A stretch of 64,000 bases of DNA, taken from positions 1,578-65,577 of the forward strand of contig CAUUTJ010000002.1 in the NCBI GenBank assembly GCA_963548045.1, read 5' to 3'. The DNA comes from an uncultured Streptococcus sp. (GTDB taxonomy: Bacteria; Bacillota; Bacilli; Lactobacillales; Streptococcaceae). Below, one piece after another: positions 35,963-46,969 of this stretch; within the stretch, counting starts at the first letter, position 1, and each line of letters begins with the position of its first letter. Position numbers and translations under genes: made by a program. The notes under the pieces were generated by a model, which was not told the DNA's origin, made no database searches, and worked only from the letters and a program-made list of their open reading frames with translations.

Positions 35963-36577
35963 TTAAACTGTTCCGATACGTTTGAGTGGCCAGAAACGGA
36001 ATTTTGCCTCTCCAATGATATCTTTTGCTTTAAAAGTACCAACATGTCGGCTATCACTAGATACCAGACGGTCATCACCAAGTAGGAGGTATTGCCCCTC
36101 TGGAACAGTGAAGGTGAAGCTAGTGTTGTAATTTACATCTAAGGTGAATGCTTGAGCTTTTTCAGCAAGACTTCTGAAGTACTCGCCTTTTTTCCCATCC
36201 CAACTATCTCCAGTATAAGTGCTTTGGAGTTTATCTTCTTTAAAGCGTTTGAGATACTCTGCTAGATAAGGTTCATCGGTTTCTTGTCCATTGATATAAA
36301 GCTTATCATTTTCATAACGAATGGTATCACCGGGTAATCCGATTACCCGTTTCACAATATCTTTATTTCCCTCATCTTCATGAGCAACCACAATATCAAA
36401 ACGATTGATTGGGAGATGTTTAACCACAAAGAGGATTTCTCCATCTGCTAGAGTAGGGTCCATAGAGTGTCCTTCTACACGCACATTACTCCAAAGAAAG
36501 ATACGACTAAGCCCTACTAGTGTGATAAGTAGGAAGATAACTCCCCACTCTTTTAAAAACGATTTTAAATATTTCAT
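35963..36577 (-). CDS. lepB: Signal peptidase I
   Basis: GHSMDPTL, VKRVIGLPGD, GDDRLVSSDSR. Confidence 0.95.
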   Translation of the reverse strand: MKYLKSFLKEWGVIFLLITLVGLSRIFLWSNVRVEGHSMDPTLADGEILFVVKHLPINRFDIVVAHEDEGNKDIVKRVIGLPGDTIRYENDKLYINGQETDEPYLAEYLKRFKEDKLQSTYTGDSWDGKKGEYFRSLAEKAQAFTLDVNYNTSFTFTVPEGQYLLLGDDRLVSSDSRHVGTFKAKDIIGEAKFRFWPLKRIGTV

Positions 36578-36580
36578 AAT

Positions 36581-37462
36581 TTACCTTTCTAGCATTTTTT
36601 TTGCTTTTTCAGTATTTTTAAAGTGTAGTTTGGCGCAGAAGTTGAGTCCCTGCATACCATAAGCACGAAGGATTTGACTAGCTACCTTATCAGAAGCGGT
36701 ACCTGCCCCACTAGGAAGTTTGTAGCCTAACTCTCGGCCTAGATTTTCAAGATTTTCTAGAAAGAGATCACGCGCAATGATAGAGCTAACCGCGACAGCT
36801 AAGTATTTGCTTTCAGCTTTTTCCTCAAGTGTAACTGGATTTGAGAAATGATTGGCTTCATTTTTTAAGTACTTCTCATAGTTTTGAGTACTCGTAAAGG
36901 CATCAATAACAATCTTTTTTGGCTGGACTCCCTTTTGAAGGAGGAGAAAAATTGCTTGATTATGAAGAGCTACCTTGACAGAAACAGCATTGTAGCGCTC
37001 ACCAATCACTTCGTTATACTTGCTTGGAGAAAGTAGTAGTGCCTGATGTTGGATTTTTTCCTTCAAAATGGGAGCCAGTTGACGAATCTTTTGATCTGTC
37101 AGTGTTTTAGAATCCCCAACTCCTAGTTTTCGTAAAAAATCATGCTGGTCAGGAGTTACAAAGGATGCCACTACAGCTAGACCACCGAAGTAGGAACCAT
37201 TTCCGACTTCATCTGTTCCGATTAAGGGGAAATTTTGCCCTCTAGTAACTTGTGCTACTTGATACCCAAAAAAGCTGGCATAGTTTTCAGCGGCTTCACC
37301 TTGCAAGAGAACTTTTCCAGATGTATAAATGGAAACAGTGGCTTGGGGAAGCTTGAAAAAGTAGCGAATATAAGGATTTTTACTTGGAGCGAGGGTTTGT
37401 TCATGCTTTTGCACAAAAGCTTGAATTTCCTCTTCACTCGGAGTCAATGTGATACTTGCCAT
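36581..37462 (-). CDS. rnhC: Ribonuclease HIII
   Basis: N-terminal [10 protein letters not shown] domain, [12 protein letters not shown]. Confidence 0.93.
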   Translation of the reverse strand: MASITLTPSEEEIQAFVQKHEQTLAPSKNPYIRYFFKLPQATVSIYTSGKVLLQGEAAENYASFFGYQVAQVTRGQNFPLIGTDEVGNGSYFGGLAVVASFVTPDQHDFLRKLGVGDSKTLTDQKIRQLAPILKEKIQHQALLLSPSKYNEVIGERYNAVSVKVALHNQAIFLLLQKGVQPKKIVIDAFTSTQNYEKYLKNEANHFSNPVTLEEKAESKYLAVAVSSIIARDLFLENLENLGRELGYKLPSGAGTASDKVASQILRAYGMQGLNFCAKLHFKNTEKAKKMLER

Positions 37463-37548
37463 AGTCTCTATTGTACCATAAAAGCAGTAGAATTGGTTAA
37501 AACTGACAAACTTAGTGAAATTTGGTATAATATCGTGAGGTGAATTTT

Positions 37549-37851
37549 ATGGCAAATTTAAATCGATTCAAGTTTACATTTGGGAAAAAAACATTAACGC
37601 TGACAACTGAACATGACAATCTTTTCATGGAGGAGATTGCGAAAGTTGCAACGGAAAAATATGAAGCAATCAAAGAACAAATGCCTGGAGCTGATGATGA
37701 AACAGTAGCTATCTTATTAGCAGTTAACTGCTTGTCTACTCAGCTTAGTCGTGAGATCGAGTTTGATGATAAGGAGCAAGAGTTAGAATCACTCCGTTAT
37801 AAGGTGGTTGCGGCTAAACAAGAACAGAGTAAGATTGAGGATTCCCTATGA
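37549..37851 (+). CDS. zapA: ZapA-like cell division protein
   Basis: rnhC-zapA-cvpA-mutS2 order; AILLAVN then coiled coil; GAGGTG RBS. Confidence 0.75.
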   Translation: MANLNRFKFTFGKKTLTLTTEHDNLFMEEIAKVATEKYEAIKEQMPGADDETVAILLAVNCLSTQLSREIEFDDKEQELESLRYKVVAAKQEQSKIEDSL

Positions 37852-38396
37852 TTTCTTTCCTACTCTTATTAATTCTTGCTTGGAGCTTTTATATTGGCTA
37901 TCGCAGAGGAATCGTGTTACAAGCTTTTTATCTTGTAGCGACGATTGTTTCCGCTTATTTAGCAAGCAAGTCTTACCAGTCTTTAGGACAGAAGTTCAAC
38001 TTGTTAATCCCCTATGCCAATCCCCAGGAAGGACAGGGAACTTTCTTTTTCCCATCCAATCAACTTTTCCAATTGGATAAGGTTTTTTATGCGGGTATCG
38101 GTTTCCTCTTGGCCTTTACAGTCTTTTATTGCATCAGTCGTTTGCTTGGTCTTTTTCTAAACCTAGTGCCAACTAAGATACTTGATGGGAAATACTACCG
38201 TATTGGTGCGGGTGTTCTATCAGTCGGAGTAACCTTATTTGTTCTCCAGATGATGCTAACCATCCTCGCGACTGTACCATTACAAATTGTTCAAAATTCA
38301 CTTGAAAATAGCTTTGTAGCTAGACATATCATCCAAAGCATTCCATTCACAACTAGTTTCATCAAACAGCTTTGGGTGACTAAATTAATCGGATAA
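37848..38396 (+). CDS. CvpA-family membrane protein
   Basis: GYRRG motif, four TMs. Confidence 0.88.
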   Translation: MISFLLLLILAWSFYIGYRRGIVLQAFYLVATIVSAYLASKSYQSLGQKFNLLIPYANPQEGQGTFFFPSNQLFQLDKVFYAGIGFLLAFTVFYCISRLLGLFLNLVPTKILDGKYYRIGAGVLSVGVTLFVLQMMLTILATVPLQIVQNSLENSFVARHIIQSIPFTTSFIKQLWVTKLIG

Positions 38397-38505
38397 AAAG
38401 GGCGGGAACTATTCCTAGCCTTTTGTTTACAATTTCAAAAGTAAGAGATTGATTTAAAAACTTGAAAATGAAAAAAAGCCATAACTTTTTTACTAAGGAA
38501 ATAAG

Positions 38506-40842
38506 ATGAATACAAAAATACTAGAAACGTTAGAATTTAACAAGGTCAAGGCTCTATTTGAGCCTCATCTTTTGACGGAACAGGGATTAGGGCAGTTAAA
38601 AGAGCTAGTCCCAACAGATAAAGGGGATAAGATTAAGCAGGCTTTTGCAGAGATGAAGGAAATGCAAGAACTCTTTGTCGAACATCCTCATTTCAGCATT
38701 TCGGCAACAAAAGATATTGCAGCGACCTCCAAACGTTTGGAGATGGGTGCTGACCTCAATATCGAGGAATTTCTCCTTCTCAAACGTGTCATATTTGCCA
38801 GTCGTGAATTGAAAAACTTCTATGACAATCTTGAAAATGTACGCTTGGATCACCTAGCAAATTGGTTTGAGAAACTTCATGATTTCCCATATCTGCAAGG
38901 TAACCTTCAAGCCATCAACGAAGCAGGATTTATTGAGAATTTTGCCAGTGAAGAATTAGCACGAATCCGCCGTAAAATCCATGACAGTGAGAGCCAAGTT
39001 CGTGATGTCTTGCAAGAGCTTCTCAAGCAGAAGGCGCAGATGTTGACAGAAGGGATTGTCGCTAGTAGAAATGGTCGCCAAGTTCTTCCAGTTAAAAACA
39101 CCTATCGGAACAAGATTGCTGGGGTCGTTCACGATATTTCTGCCAGTGGGAACACTGTTTATATCGAACCTCGTGAAGTAGTTAAGCTAAGTGAGGAAAT
39201 TGCTAGTCTTCGTGCAGATGAACGCTATGAGATGATGCGTATCCTTCAAGAAATCTCTGAACGAGTAAGACCGCATGCGGATGAAATTACCAATGATGCC
39301 TGGATTATTGGACGTTTGGATTTGATTCGCACCAAGGTGCGTTTTATCCAAGAGACCGGAGCAGTGGTCCCTCAAGTATCTGAGGAACAGGAAATCCAAC
39401 TCCTCCATGTTCGCCATCCTTTGGTTAAGAATGCTGTCGCAAATGATGTGCACTTTGGGAAGGATTTGACAGCTATCGTCATCACCGGTCCTAATACGGG
39501 TGGTAAGACCATCATGCTAAAAACCTTAGGATTGACGCAAGTCATGGCCCAGTCTGGGCTGCCAATTCTAGCCGATAATGGCAGTCGTGTAGGGATTTTC
39601 GAGGAGATTTTTGCCGATATTGGAGATGAACAATCCATCGAGCAAAGTCTCTCAACCTTCTCTAGTCATATGACCAATATTGTTGATATTCTTGGTAAAG
39701 TCAACCAAAACTCGCTCTTGTTACTAGATGAGCTTGGAGCAGGTACAGATCCCCAAGAAGGTGCAGCCCTTGCCATGTCTATCTTAGAAGACTTGCGTTT
39801 GCGTCAAGTCAAGACTATGGCAACCACTCACTATCCTGAGCTCAAGGCTTACGGGATTGAAACAGCTTATGTTCAGAATGCCAGCATGGAGTTTGATACA
39901 GCTAGCCTGCGTCCAACTTATCGCTTTATGCAAGGCGTACCTGGTCGAAGCAATGCATTTGAAATTGCCAAACGTCTAGGATTGTCGGATATCATTGTAG
40001 GTGACGCTAGCAAGCAGATTAACCAAGACAATGATGTCAATCGCATCATTGAGCAATTGGAAGAACAAACACTTGAAAGTCACAAACGTCTTGAAAATAT
40101 CCGCCAAGTCGAGCAAGAGAACCTCAAGATGAATCGTGCACTTAAAAAACTCTACAATGAGCTTAACCGTGAAAAGGAAACAGAACTCAATAAGGCGCGT
40201 GAGCAAGCTGCTGAGATTGTTGAATTAGCTCTGGCAGAAAGTGATGATATTCTAAAAAATCTTCATAGCAAATCTCAACTAAAACCACATGAAATTATCG
40301 AAGCCAAGGCCAAGCTCAAGAAGTTAGCACCTGAAAAAGTTGACCTTTCTAAAAACAAGGTCCTCCAAAAGGCCAAGAAAAAACGAGCTCCAAAAGTTGG
40401 AGATGATATTATCGTTTTAAGCTATGGTCAACGTGGTACCTTGACCAATCAACTAAAGGATGGACGTTGGGAAGCACAGGTTGGCTTGATTAAGATGACA
40501 CTTGAGGATAAAGAGTTTGACTTGGTTCAAGCCCAGAAAGAAGCGCCAGTCAAGAAGAAACAAGTTAACGTCGTTAAACGTGCAGCAGGAAAAGGTCCAC
40601 AAGCTCGACTAGACCTTCGTGGCAAACGCTACGAGGAGGCTATGGAAGCCTTGGATGCCTTTATCGACCAAGCCCTGCTCAACAATATGGCGCAAGTGGA
40701 CATCATCCATGGTATCGGTACAGGAGTCATCCGTGAAGGGGTGACTAAGTACCTACAAAGAAATAAACAAGTCAAGAGCTTTGGCTATGCACCGCAAAAT
40801 GCAGGTGGAAGTGGAGCTACTATCGTAACCTTTAAGGGTTAG
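38506..40842 (+). CDS. mutS2: Endonuclease MutS2
   Basis: [19 protein letters not shown]-terminal Smr domain ([13 protein letters not shown]). Confidence 0.96.
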   Translation: MNTKILETLEFNKVKALFEPHLLTEQGLGQLKELVPTDKGDKIKQAFAEMKEMQELFVEHPHFSISATKDIAATSKRLEMGADLNIEEFLLLKRVIFASRELKNFYDNLENVRLDHLANWFEKLHDFPYLQGNLQAINEAGFIENFASEELARIRRKIHDSESQVRDVLQELLKQKAQMLTEGIVASRNGRQVLPVKNTYRNKIAGVVHDISASGNTVYIEPREVVKLSEEIASLRADERYEMMRILQEISERVRPHADEITNDAWIIGRLDLIRTKVRFIQETGAVVPQVSEEQEIQLLHVRHPLVKNAVANDVHFGKDLTAIVITGPNTGGKTIMLKTLGLTQVMAQSGLPILADNGSRVGIFEEIFADIGDEQSIEQSLSTFSSHMTNIVDILGKVNQNSLLLLDELGAGTDPQEGAALAMSILEDLRLRQVKTMATTHYPELKAYGIETAYVQNASMEFDTASLRPTYRFMQGVPGRSNAFEIAKRLGLSDIIVGDASKQINQDNDVNRIIEQLEEQTLESHKRLENIRQVEQENLKMNRALKKLYNELNREKETELNKAREQAAEIVELALAESDDILKNLHSKSQLKPHEIIEAKAKLKKLAPEKVDLSKNKVLQKAKKKRAPKVGDDIIVLSYGQRGTLTNQLKDGRWEAQVGLIKMTLEDKEFDLVQAQKEAPVKKKQVNVVKRAAGKGPQARLDLRGKRYEEAMEALDAFIDQALLNNMAQVDIIHGIGTGVIREGVTKYLQRNKQVKSFGYAPQNAGGSGATIVTFKG

Positions 40843-40869
40843 AGTAAGGATAGTTGAAAACATCAATAA

Positions 40870-40914
40870 AACTTTCTGAAAACAATTGACAAGAGTTGCT
40901 TTTTCTTGTAAAAT
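40870..40914 (+). promoter_or_regulatory. CodY-like box and SigA promoter of symporter leader
   Basis: AACTTTCTGAAAACA (3 mismatches) then TTGACA-17nt-TAAAAT. Confidence 0.65.
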
Positions 40915-40933
40915 AAGTAAAAATTAAATACAA

Positions 40934-41070
40934 CACCGAATGAAGTTTAATAGAAGTGGAAAGTCCTTTGACTTCCATGACTGTAAATGGACGGAACTCT
41001 GGAGAGACCGTAAAGGCACCGAAGGGGCAAGGCAGGCAACTGCTCAAACTCTCAGGTAAAAGGACAGAGC
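40934..41070 (+). ncRNA. Glycine riboswitch (single aptamer with upstream degenerate aptamer)
   Basis: CTCTGGAGAGA...CACCGAAGG...CTCTCAGG...GGACAGAG consensus elements. Confidence 0.93.
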
Positions 41071-41109
41071 AATGATAGAGCGCTTTTTTGGCATTTATCG
41101 ATGCATTCC

Positions 41110-41144
41110 AGAGTACATGTTAGTAAACATGTGCTCTTTCTTTT
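41110..41144 (+). terminator. Leader terminator (riboswitch expression platform)
   Basis: AGAGTACATGTT/AACATGTGCTCT followed by TTCTTTT. Confidence 0.7.
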
Positions 41145-41169
41145 GGAGTTGAATAGATAGGAGAATGGT

Positions 41170-42492
41170 ATGTTAAATTTGCTAAAAGAAATAGACGCTT
41201 TTGTATGGGGAGCACCCCTTTTGATCTTATTGGTTGGCACCGGGATTTACTTAACTCTTCGTTTAGGACTCTTACAGATCTTGCGTCTCCCTAAGGCCTT
41301 CCAGCTTATTTTTACCAAGGATAAGGGGCATGGGGATGTTTCGAGCTTTGCTGCCTTGTGTACAGCCCTTGCAGCAACTGTTGGTACAGGAAATATCATC
41401 GGGGTGGCAACAGCTATCAAGGTCGGTGGGCCAGGAGCCCTCTTTTGGATGTGGATGGCTGCTTTCTTTGGAATAGCAACCAAGTATGCTGAAGGATTAC
41501 TTGCTATCAAATACCGGACCAAGGATGACCATGGAGCTGTTGCGGGAGGACCGATGCACTATATTCTTCTGGGGATGGGAGAAAAATGGCGCCCTCTTGC
41601 TATCTTCTTTGCTATAGCTGGAGTGTTGGTTGCACTTTTGGGAATCGGTACTTTTACCCAGGTGAATTCCATTACAGAATCCGTTCAAAATACAGCTAGT
41701 ATTGATCCGGCAATTACTGCACTTGTTTTATCTGTTTTCGTAGGAATAGCAGTCTTTGGTGGACTCAAGTCCATTTCTAAGGTGTCAACTACAGTTGTTC
41801 CCTTTATGGCCATTATCTATATCTTGGGAACCTTGACAGTTATTTTCCTGAACATTGATAAAATACCTGCGACTCTTTCTATAATACTCACGTCAGCTTT
41901 TAGCCCAGTAGCTGCAGTGGGAGGATTTGCAGGAGCTAGTGTTCGGATGGCTATTCAAAATGGTGTGGCGCGTGGGGTTTTCTCAAATGAGTCTGGCTTG
42001 GGTTCAGCTCCGATTGCGGCTGCAGCAGCCAAGACAAATGAACCGGTGGAACAAGGTTTGATTTCCATGACAGGAACCTTTATTGATACCTTGATTATCT
42101 GTACTTTGACTGGTCTGACAATCTTGGTGACTGGAGTTTGGAATGGCAATTTAGACGGGGTTGCCCTTACTCAGTCCGCTTTCTCAACAGTCTTTTCATA
42201 TTTTGGTCCAGCTCTTTTAACAATTTTCTTGGTGCTTTTTGCCTTTACCACGATTTTGGGCTGGAATTATTATGGAGAGCGTTGCTTTGAGTTTCTATTT
42301 GGTGTTCGCTTTATCTGGCTTTATCGAGTGGTCTTTGTTGCCATGGTCTTACTAGGAGGATTCATCGAGTTGGATATGGTCTGGGTCATTGCGGATATCG
42401 TCAATGCCCTCATGGCTCTACCAAACTTGATTGCTATCTTGGCCTTATCACCAGTCGTCATCGCTGAGACGAAGAAGTATTTTGCTAAATAA
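41170..42492 (+). CDS. Alanine/glycine:cation symporter
   Basis: ATVGTGNI, GGPGALFWMW, RGVFSNESGLGS. Confidence 0.95.
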   Translation: MLNLLKEIDAFVWGAPLLILLVGTGIYLTLRLGLLQILRLPKAFQLIFTKDKGHGDVSSFAALCTALAATVGTGNIIGVATAIKVGGPGALFWMWMAAFFGIATKYAEGLLAIKYRTKDDHGAVAGGPMHYILLGMGEKWRPLAIFFAIAGVLVALLGIGTFTQVNSITESVQNTASIDPAITALVLSVFVGIAVFGGLKSISKVSTTVVPFMAIIYILGTLTVIFLNIDKIPATLSIILTSAFSPVAAVGGFAGASVRMAIQNGVARGVFSNESGLGSAPIAAAAAKTNEPVEQGLISMTGTFIDTLIICTLTGLTILVTGVWNGNLDGVALTQSAFSTVFSYFGPALLTIFLVLFAFTTILGWNYYGERCFEFLFGVRFIWLYRVVFVAMVLLGGFIELDMVWVIADIVNALMALPNLIAILALSPVVIAETKKYFAK

Positions 42493-42622
42493 GCTGATCA
42501 CACATTATGTGTGATTTTTTATTTTCATAAAGAAATCCTATCAATACAATTAAAAATATATATTATCCAAGAGAGAAATTCTGTGATAGACTAAGTGTCA
42601 AGAAAATGAAAAGAGGTCCCTT

Positions 42623-43171
42623 ATGACAACATTTACTATCCACACAGTAGAATCAGCACCAGCAGAAGTCAAAGATGTTCTTGAAACGGTTCAAAAAGAT
42701 AATAATGGCTACATTCCCAACCTCATCGGACTTTTGGCAAATGCTCCAACAGCTTTAGAAACTTATCGTACTGTAGGTGCTATTAACCGTCGCAATAGTT
42801 TAACACCCGTAGAGCGCGAAGTAGTCCAGATCACAGCAGCTGTAACCAACGGTTGTGCCTTCTGTGTGGCTGGACATACAGCCTTTTCTATCAAGCAAAT
42901 CCAGATGAATGATGATCTTCTCCAAGCCCTTCGCAATCGCACTCCAATTGAGACAGATCCTAAGTTGGATACACTTGCCAAGTTTACCTTGGCAGTCATT
43001 AATACCAAAGGACGCGTAGGTGATGAAGCACTCGGAGAGTTTTTGGAAGCTGGCTACACGCAAGAAAATGCCTTAGATGTCGTTCTTGGTGTGAGTTTGG
43101 CGACCCTCTGTAACTATGCCAATAATCTTGCTAACACGCCGATTAACCCAGAGTTGCAACCTTATGCCTAA
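42623..43171 (+). CDS. ahpD: AhpD/carboxymuconolactone decarboxylase-family protein
   Basis: EVVQITAAVTNGCAFCVAGH (E-x-CxxC-xxxH). Confidence 0.85.
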   Translation: MTTFTIHTVESAPAEVKDVLETVQKDNNGYIPNLIGLLANAPTALETYRTVGAINRRNSLTPVEREVVQITAAVTNGCAFCVAGHTAFSIKQIQMNDDLLQALRNRTPIETDPKLDTLAKFTLAVINTKGRVGDEALGEFLEAGYTQENALDVVLGVSLATLCNYANNLANTPINPELQPYA

Positions 43172-43274
43172 GCCATAAAAAGAATGGAGTCTGAGAGGTT
43201 CGGACTCCATTTTTGTATGCTTTTTTAATGGCTTTTATGATATACTAATAATAACATCGTTATTGGAGATTCAC

Positions 43275-44171
43275 ATGAAAAAACTTCCCTTGGCTTTTTC
43301 AGGTTGTTTATTGGGTTTAGCTGGTGCAGGCAATCTCATCTTGGATACTTTTCCGCTATTGTCCCACGTCTTTAGTTTGTCAGGCTTGATTCTATGGTTT
43401 TATTTTCTTTACAGTCATCTTAGTGATTGGCAAGAAAGCAAACAAGAACTGAAGAAAGCACCCATCTTGTCAGGAATGGCGACCTTTCCCATGGCAGGGA
43501 TGATTTTATCGACCTATATGCTGCGGATTCTACCAGTTAGCTTGAACTTCATTGTGCAGGTTCTCTGGTGGTTTGCCTTTCTACTGGATGTAGGCTTAAT
43601 CATCTATTTTACTATCAATTACGTACAGGCTAAACCAAGGACGAGCGCAACGCCAAGTTGGACGGTTCTTTATGTGGGAATCGCAGTGGCAAGCTTGACC
43701 TACCCAGTAGTGGGGATAGTTGGGATTGCCTATGGAGCTTGGATTTTTGGCTTTATCTTAACCCTTATCCTTTATCCTCTCATTTATCAAGATTTGAAAA
43801 GAAATCCATTGCCACTAGCTTTACTAGGACAAGAAGGGATCTATTGTGCTCCGTTTTCTCTCCTGTTGGCAGCACTAGTTCGGATAGGAGGCCCAGATCT
43901 TCCTAGCTGGATTTTACTGGTCATGGTCCTTGCATCACAGGTTTTCTTTTTCTTTGTCCTTAGTCGCTTACAAAGGATTATAAAACAGGGCTTCCAACCA
44001 GCCTTTTCAGCCCTAACTTTCCCAACCATTATCACAGCAACTTCCTTGAAAATGGCCCAAGGCATCCTACAGTTTCCAGCCCTTAACCTCCTCGTTTGGT
44101 TAGAAACTATCATTTGTTTAACAATCCTCATCTACGTATTAGTAGAATATGTGAGATATTTAAGGAACTAA
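43275..44171 (+). CDS. TDT (SLAC1/TehA)-family transporter
   Basis: About 10 TMs, TPSWTVLYVG, FSALTFP. Confidence 0.8.
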   Translation: MKKLPLAFSGCLLGLAGAGNLILDTFPLLSHVFSLSGLILWFYFLYSHLSDWQESKQELKKAPILSGMATFPMAGMILSTYMLRILPVSLNFIVQVLWWFAFLLDVGLIIYFTINYVQAKPRTSATPSWTVLYVGIAVASLTYPVVGIVGIAYGAWIFGFILTLILYPLIYQDLKRNPLPLALLGQEGIYCAPFSLLLAALVRIGGPDLPSWILLVMVLASQVFFFFVLSRLQRIIKQGFQPAFSALTFPTIITATSLKMAQGILQFPALNLLVWLETIICLTILIYVLVEYVRYLRN

Positions 44172-44246
44172 AATAACCCCTAGCACGGAGAAGTGTTAGG
44201 GGGTTCTTCTATCGCGAACGTGTAAATTAATTAGTTCAGCTTATAC

Positions 44247-44786
44247 CTACTGTTCCTCATGTTCGGATAAAAAATAATAAGTCATAGTACCGAAGATTGA
44301 TCCTACTCCAAGTCCTACTAGTAGGAAAAATGCGATCATTTTGAGTTCTAGAAACTGCAAGAAGAAATCTGTAATCGAGTGATTTTCAAGGATTACTTTT
44401 TTGGAAAATAGGATAAATAAGTAGAGAGTTGGGATGCTAGTTCCAACTAACCAACTTCTTAACTTGATTTGACGCTTGCTGTAAGTGATTTGTGGAATCT
44501 CGGATTGATCATCATCTTCTAAGTGGAGCCCTCTAGTAGAATATCTTGCCTTGAGACTGAGGGCAAAAATCATCAAGAAGTAGAGATAGGGCATAGCCAT
44601 TCGAACTATCTCTATAAAGCGCCCAAACAACAGATAGAACAGGAAGAGAAAGAAGGAAGAGTAAAAGATTTGGACCATGGAACGGGCACAAGCCTTGTAG
44701 ATGACCTCTTGACGGCATTTATCAAAGGGGCCTTGGATATGAAAGAAATTTCGAACTAAGCGAGTGGTTAAGTCTTCTTTTTTCAT
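44247..44786 (-). CDS. DUF3278-like membrane protein (paralog 2)
   Basis: MKKE...IQGPFD N-terminus shared with 45151..45693; four TMs; GAGGT RBS. Confidence 0.75.
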   Translation of the reverse strand: MKKEDLTTRLVRNFFHIQGPFDKCRQEVIYKACARSMVQIFYSSFFLFLFYLLFGRFIEIVRMAMPYLYFLMIFALSLKARYSTRGLHLEDDDQSEIPQITYSKRQIKLRSWLVGTSIPTLYLFILFSKKVILENHSITDFFLQFLELKMIAFFLLVGLGVGSIFGTMTYYFLSEHEEQ

Positions 44787-44798
44787 GGTAGTGACCTC

Positions 44799-45140
44799 TT
44801 AATAACCTTCTTTTTGCTTAACTTCTTTAAAGAGTTGATAGAGAGTATAAAAGTAGACTACACTAAAAACAATACAGATGGTTAGAAATAGGAGATATCT
44901 CCAATCCATAGAATCCGTTAACAGTTGTGGGAAAGATACGAGGATAAAGCAGAGAGATGCGTTTAAGAGGCGTATTTTTTTTGATGTGATTTTCTGAAAT
45001 CTTTGTCCTTTGTTCAAGACAGGAAGGGCTAGCAGGAAGATGATCAGAAAAGGACGCGTAATATAGCCATAAACTAGGAAAACTGTGATAAAGATACTGA
45101 CCAAAATATGACTGAGAATTAAAGTTTGTAATGATTTCAT
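44799..45140 (-). CDS. Small multi-TM hypothetical protein
   Basis: AGGAGG RBS before MKSLQTL (start reassigned); four hydrophobic segments. Confidence 0.75.
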   Translation of the reverse strand: MKSLQTLILSHILVSIFITVFLVYGYITRPFLIIFLLALPVLNKGQRFQKITSKKIRLLNASLCFILVSFPQLLTDSMDWRYLLFLTICIVFSVVYFYTLYQLFKEVKQKEGY

Positions 45141-45150
45141 ATGATTCCTC

Positions 45151-45693
45151 CTAATAGTCGTCTTGATTTTCCTTGGCTTTTCGAATGCGAAGCCAGAAGA
45201 CAAGTTGCATCATTAATCCGAAAAAGAAAGCTGCGAAAAGAATTGATGTGAAATGGCCTAGATTGAAAAGGTAACTAAGATAGTTCTTGTTATCATCCGT
45301 TAAGACATTGAGAAGAGGCATCCCAAAGAACATCAAAACTCCATAGACAAGTCCGGCTTTAAGGCCAGGGTAGCGCAATTGTTTTAGTTCTTTCTGGCTC
45401 AGCATATCAGGATCGATAGCAGTAATACCTGTTTTTTTAGTTTGAGTGCTGACATAGATAGCACAAACCATAGAAACCAGAAAGATGATAATTGGATATC
45501 CAAACGCGACCATTTGGGGATATTTATAAGCAAGGACAAAGGGAATGAGATTGCCAAAAATCATGAGATAAAAGAGGACCATAAAGATTTTATTTCCGAT
45601 GCGGTCAGCCTCGCGTTGCTTATGTTCATCAAGTGGTCCAGAAATGCCATATGTGCGTTTGATCAGTTTTTCAGTAAAGGTTTCTTTTTTCAT
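45151..45693 (-). CDS. DUF3278-like membrane protein (paralog 1)
   Basis: MKKETFTEKLIKRTYGISGPLDE; four TMs; AAGGAG RBS. Confidence 0.8.
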   Translation of the reverse strand: MKKETFTEKLIKRTYGISGPLDEHKQREADRIGNKIFMVLFYLMIFGNLIPFVLAYKYPQMVAFGYPIIIFLVSMVCAIYVSTQTKKTGITAIDPDMLSQKELKQLRYPGLKAGLVYGVLMFFGMPLLNVLTDDNKNYLSYLFNLGHFTSILFAAFFFGLMMQLVFWLRIRKAKENQDDY

Positions 45694-45707
45694 TTTTTCT
45701 CCTTTTG

Positions 45708-45902
45708 TTAAAAATCATCTTCCCAAAAGAGACTGTTAAGGTCTGTTTGGAGGCTGCGAGCGAGATTGAGACAGAGTTCCAGGGTAGGATTGTACTTGTC
45801 ATTCTCAATCATGTTGATGGTTTGCCTAGAGACACCGATATCCTTGGCAAGTTCAAGTTGGGATTTTCCCAGTTCCTTGCGGAATTCTTTCACACGGTTC
45901 AT
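45708..45902 (-). CDS. XRE-family HTH regulator
   Basis: SQLELAKDIGVSRQTINMIENDKYNPTL. Confidence 0.93.
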   Translation of the reverse strand: MNRVKEFRKELGKSQLELAKDIGVSRQTINMIENDKYNPTLELCLNLARSLQTDLNSLFWEDDF

Positions 45903-45922
45903 TCTTTCTCCTTTTTAGAACG

Positions 45923-45983
45923 TGTCGCATATATTTGACTATAGTATATTCTTTTTAAAACAAAGTGTCAACTATTTTTGACA
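45923..45983 (-). promoter_or_regulatory. Promoter of XRE operon with two palindromic operators
   Basis: Minus strand TTGACA (45971-45966)-17nt-TATACT (45948-45943); palindromes at 45923-45940 and 45966-45983. Confidence 0.75.
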
Positions 45984-46110
45984 TATTTTTAAAAGAATCT
46001 TGGTGATAATATTTCTATGTGAAAATCTTCTAGCGATTTTATGCTATAATGAAGAAAAATAAGAGTGATTTGGATACCCTGAATGCTATCCAATAAAGAA
46101 AGAGCAGAAA

Positions 46111-46962
46111 ATGAACCATAAGATTGCAATTTTATCAGATATTCATGGCAACACGACAGCCTTAGCTGGAGTGCTTGAGGACGCTAAAAATTTGGGAGCG
46201 ACTGAATATTGGCTTCTGGGAGATATTTTTCTTCCTGGGCCGGGAGCAAATGACTTGGTGGCTCTTTTGAAAGACCTTCCCATTACAGCATCTGTTCGAG
46301 GAAACTGGGATGATTGTGTGTTAGAGGCTTTAGATGGGCAATATGGTTTAGAGGATCCCCAAGAAATCCAGCTTATGCGATTGACCCAGTATCTGATGGA
46401 GCGTCTAAACCCCGAGCATATTGATTGGTTGAGAAAGCTACCTATGGTAGCCAAGAAAGAAGTTGATGGCTTGCGCTTTTCTCTTTCTCATAATTTGCCT
46501 GAGAAAAATTATGGTGGTGATTTGCTGGTTGAAAATAATACCGAAAAATTTGACCAGCTGCTTGATGAAACTACTGATGTAGCCGTCTATGGGCATGTCC
46601 ATAAACAACTTCTACGTTACGGTAGTCAAGGTCAACAAATCATTAATCCAGGTTCGATTGGTATGCCTTATTTTGACTGGGTAGGGCTGAAAAATCACCG
46701 AGCCCAGTATACCTTACTTGAGCTTGAAAATGGTGAATTGGTCAATATCCAATTTCGAAAAGTTGCCTATGACTATGAAGCAGAGCTAGAATCAGCCAAG
46801 ACCAAAGGCCTTCCTTTTATCGAAATGTATGAAGAGTTGAGACGCGAGGATAACTATCGGGGCCATAACATCGAGCTTCTAACTTCCTTGATTGAACAAC
46901 ACAATTATCTACAGGAGGCTAATGCCTTCCTTGAGTCTATAAAAACGCATAAGGGAAAATGA
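46111..46962 (+). CDS. Calcineurin-like metallophosphoesterase
   Basis: SDIHGN, LGD, RGNWD, YGHVH, INPGSIG. Confidence 0.92.
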   Translation: MNHKIAILSDIHGNTTALAGVLEDAKNLGATEYWLLGDIFLPGPGANDLVALLKDLPITASVRGNWDDCVLEALDGQYGLEDPQEIQLMRLTQYLMERLNPEHIDWLRKLPMVAKKEVDGLRFSLSHNLPEKNYGGDLLVENNTEKFDQLLDETTDVAVYGHVHKQLLRYGSQGQQIINPGSIGMPYFDWVGLKNHRAQYTLLELENGELVNIQFRKVAYDYEAELESAKTKGLPFIEMYEELRREDNYRGHNIELLTSLIEQHNYLQEANAFLESIKTHKGK

Positions 46963-46969
46963 CAAAGAA

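Noticed and set aside
43275..44171. Gene family often auto-annotated as exfoliative toxin
   Set aside because: Polytopic TDT-type membrane transporter with no protease motifs
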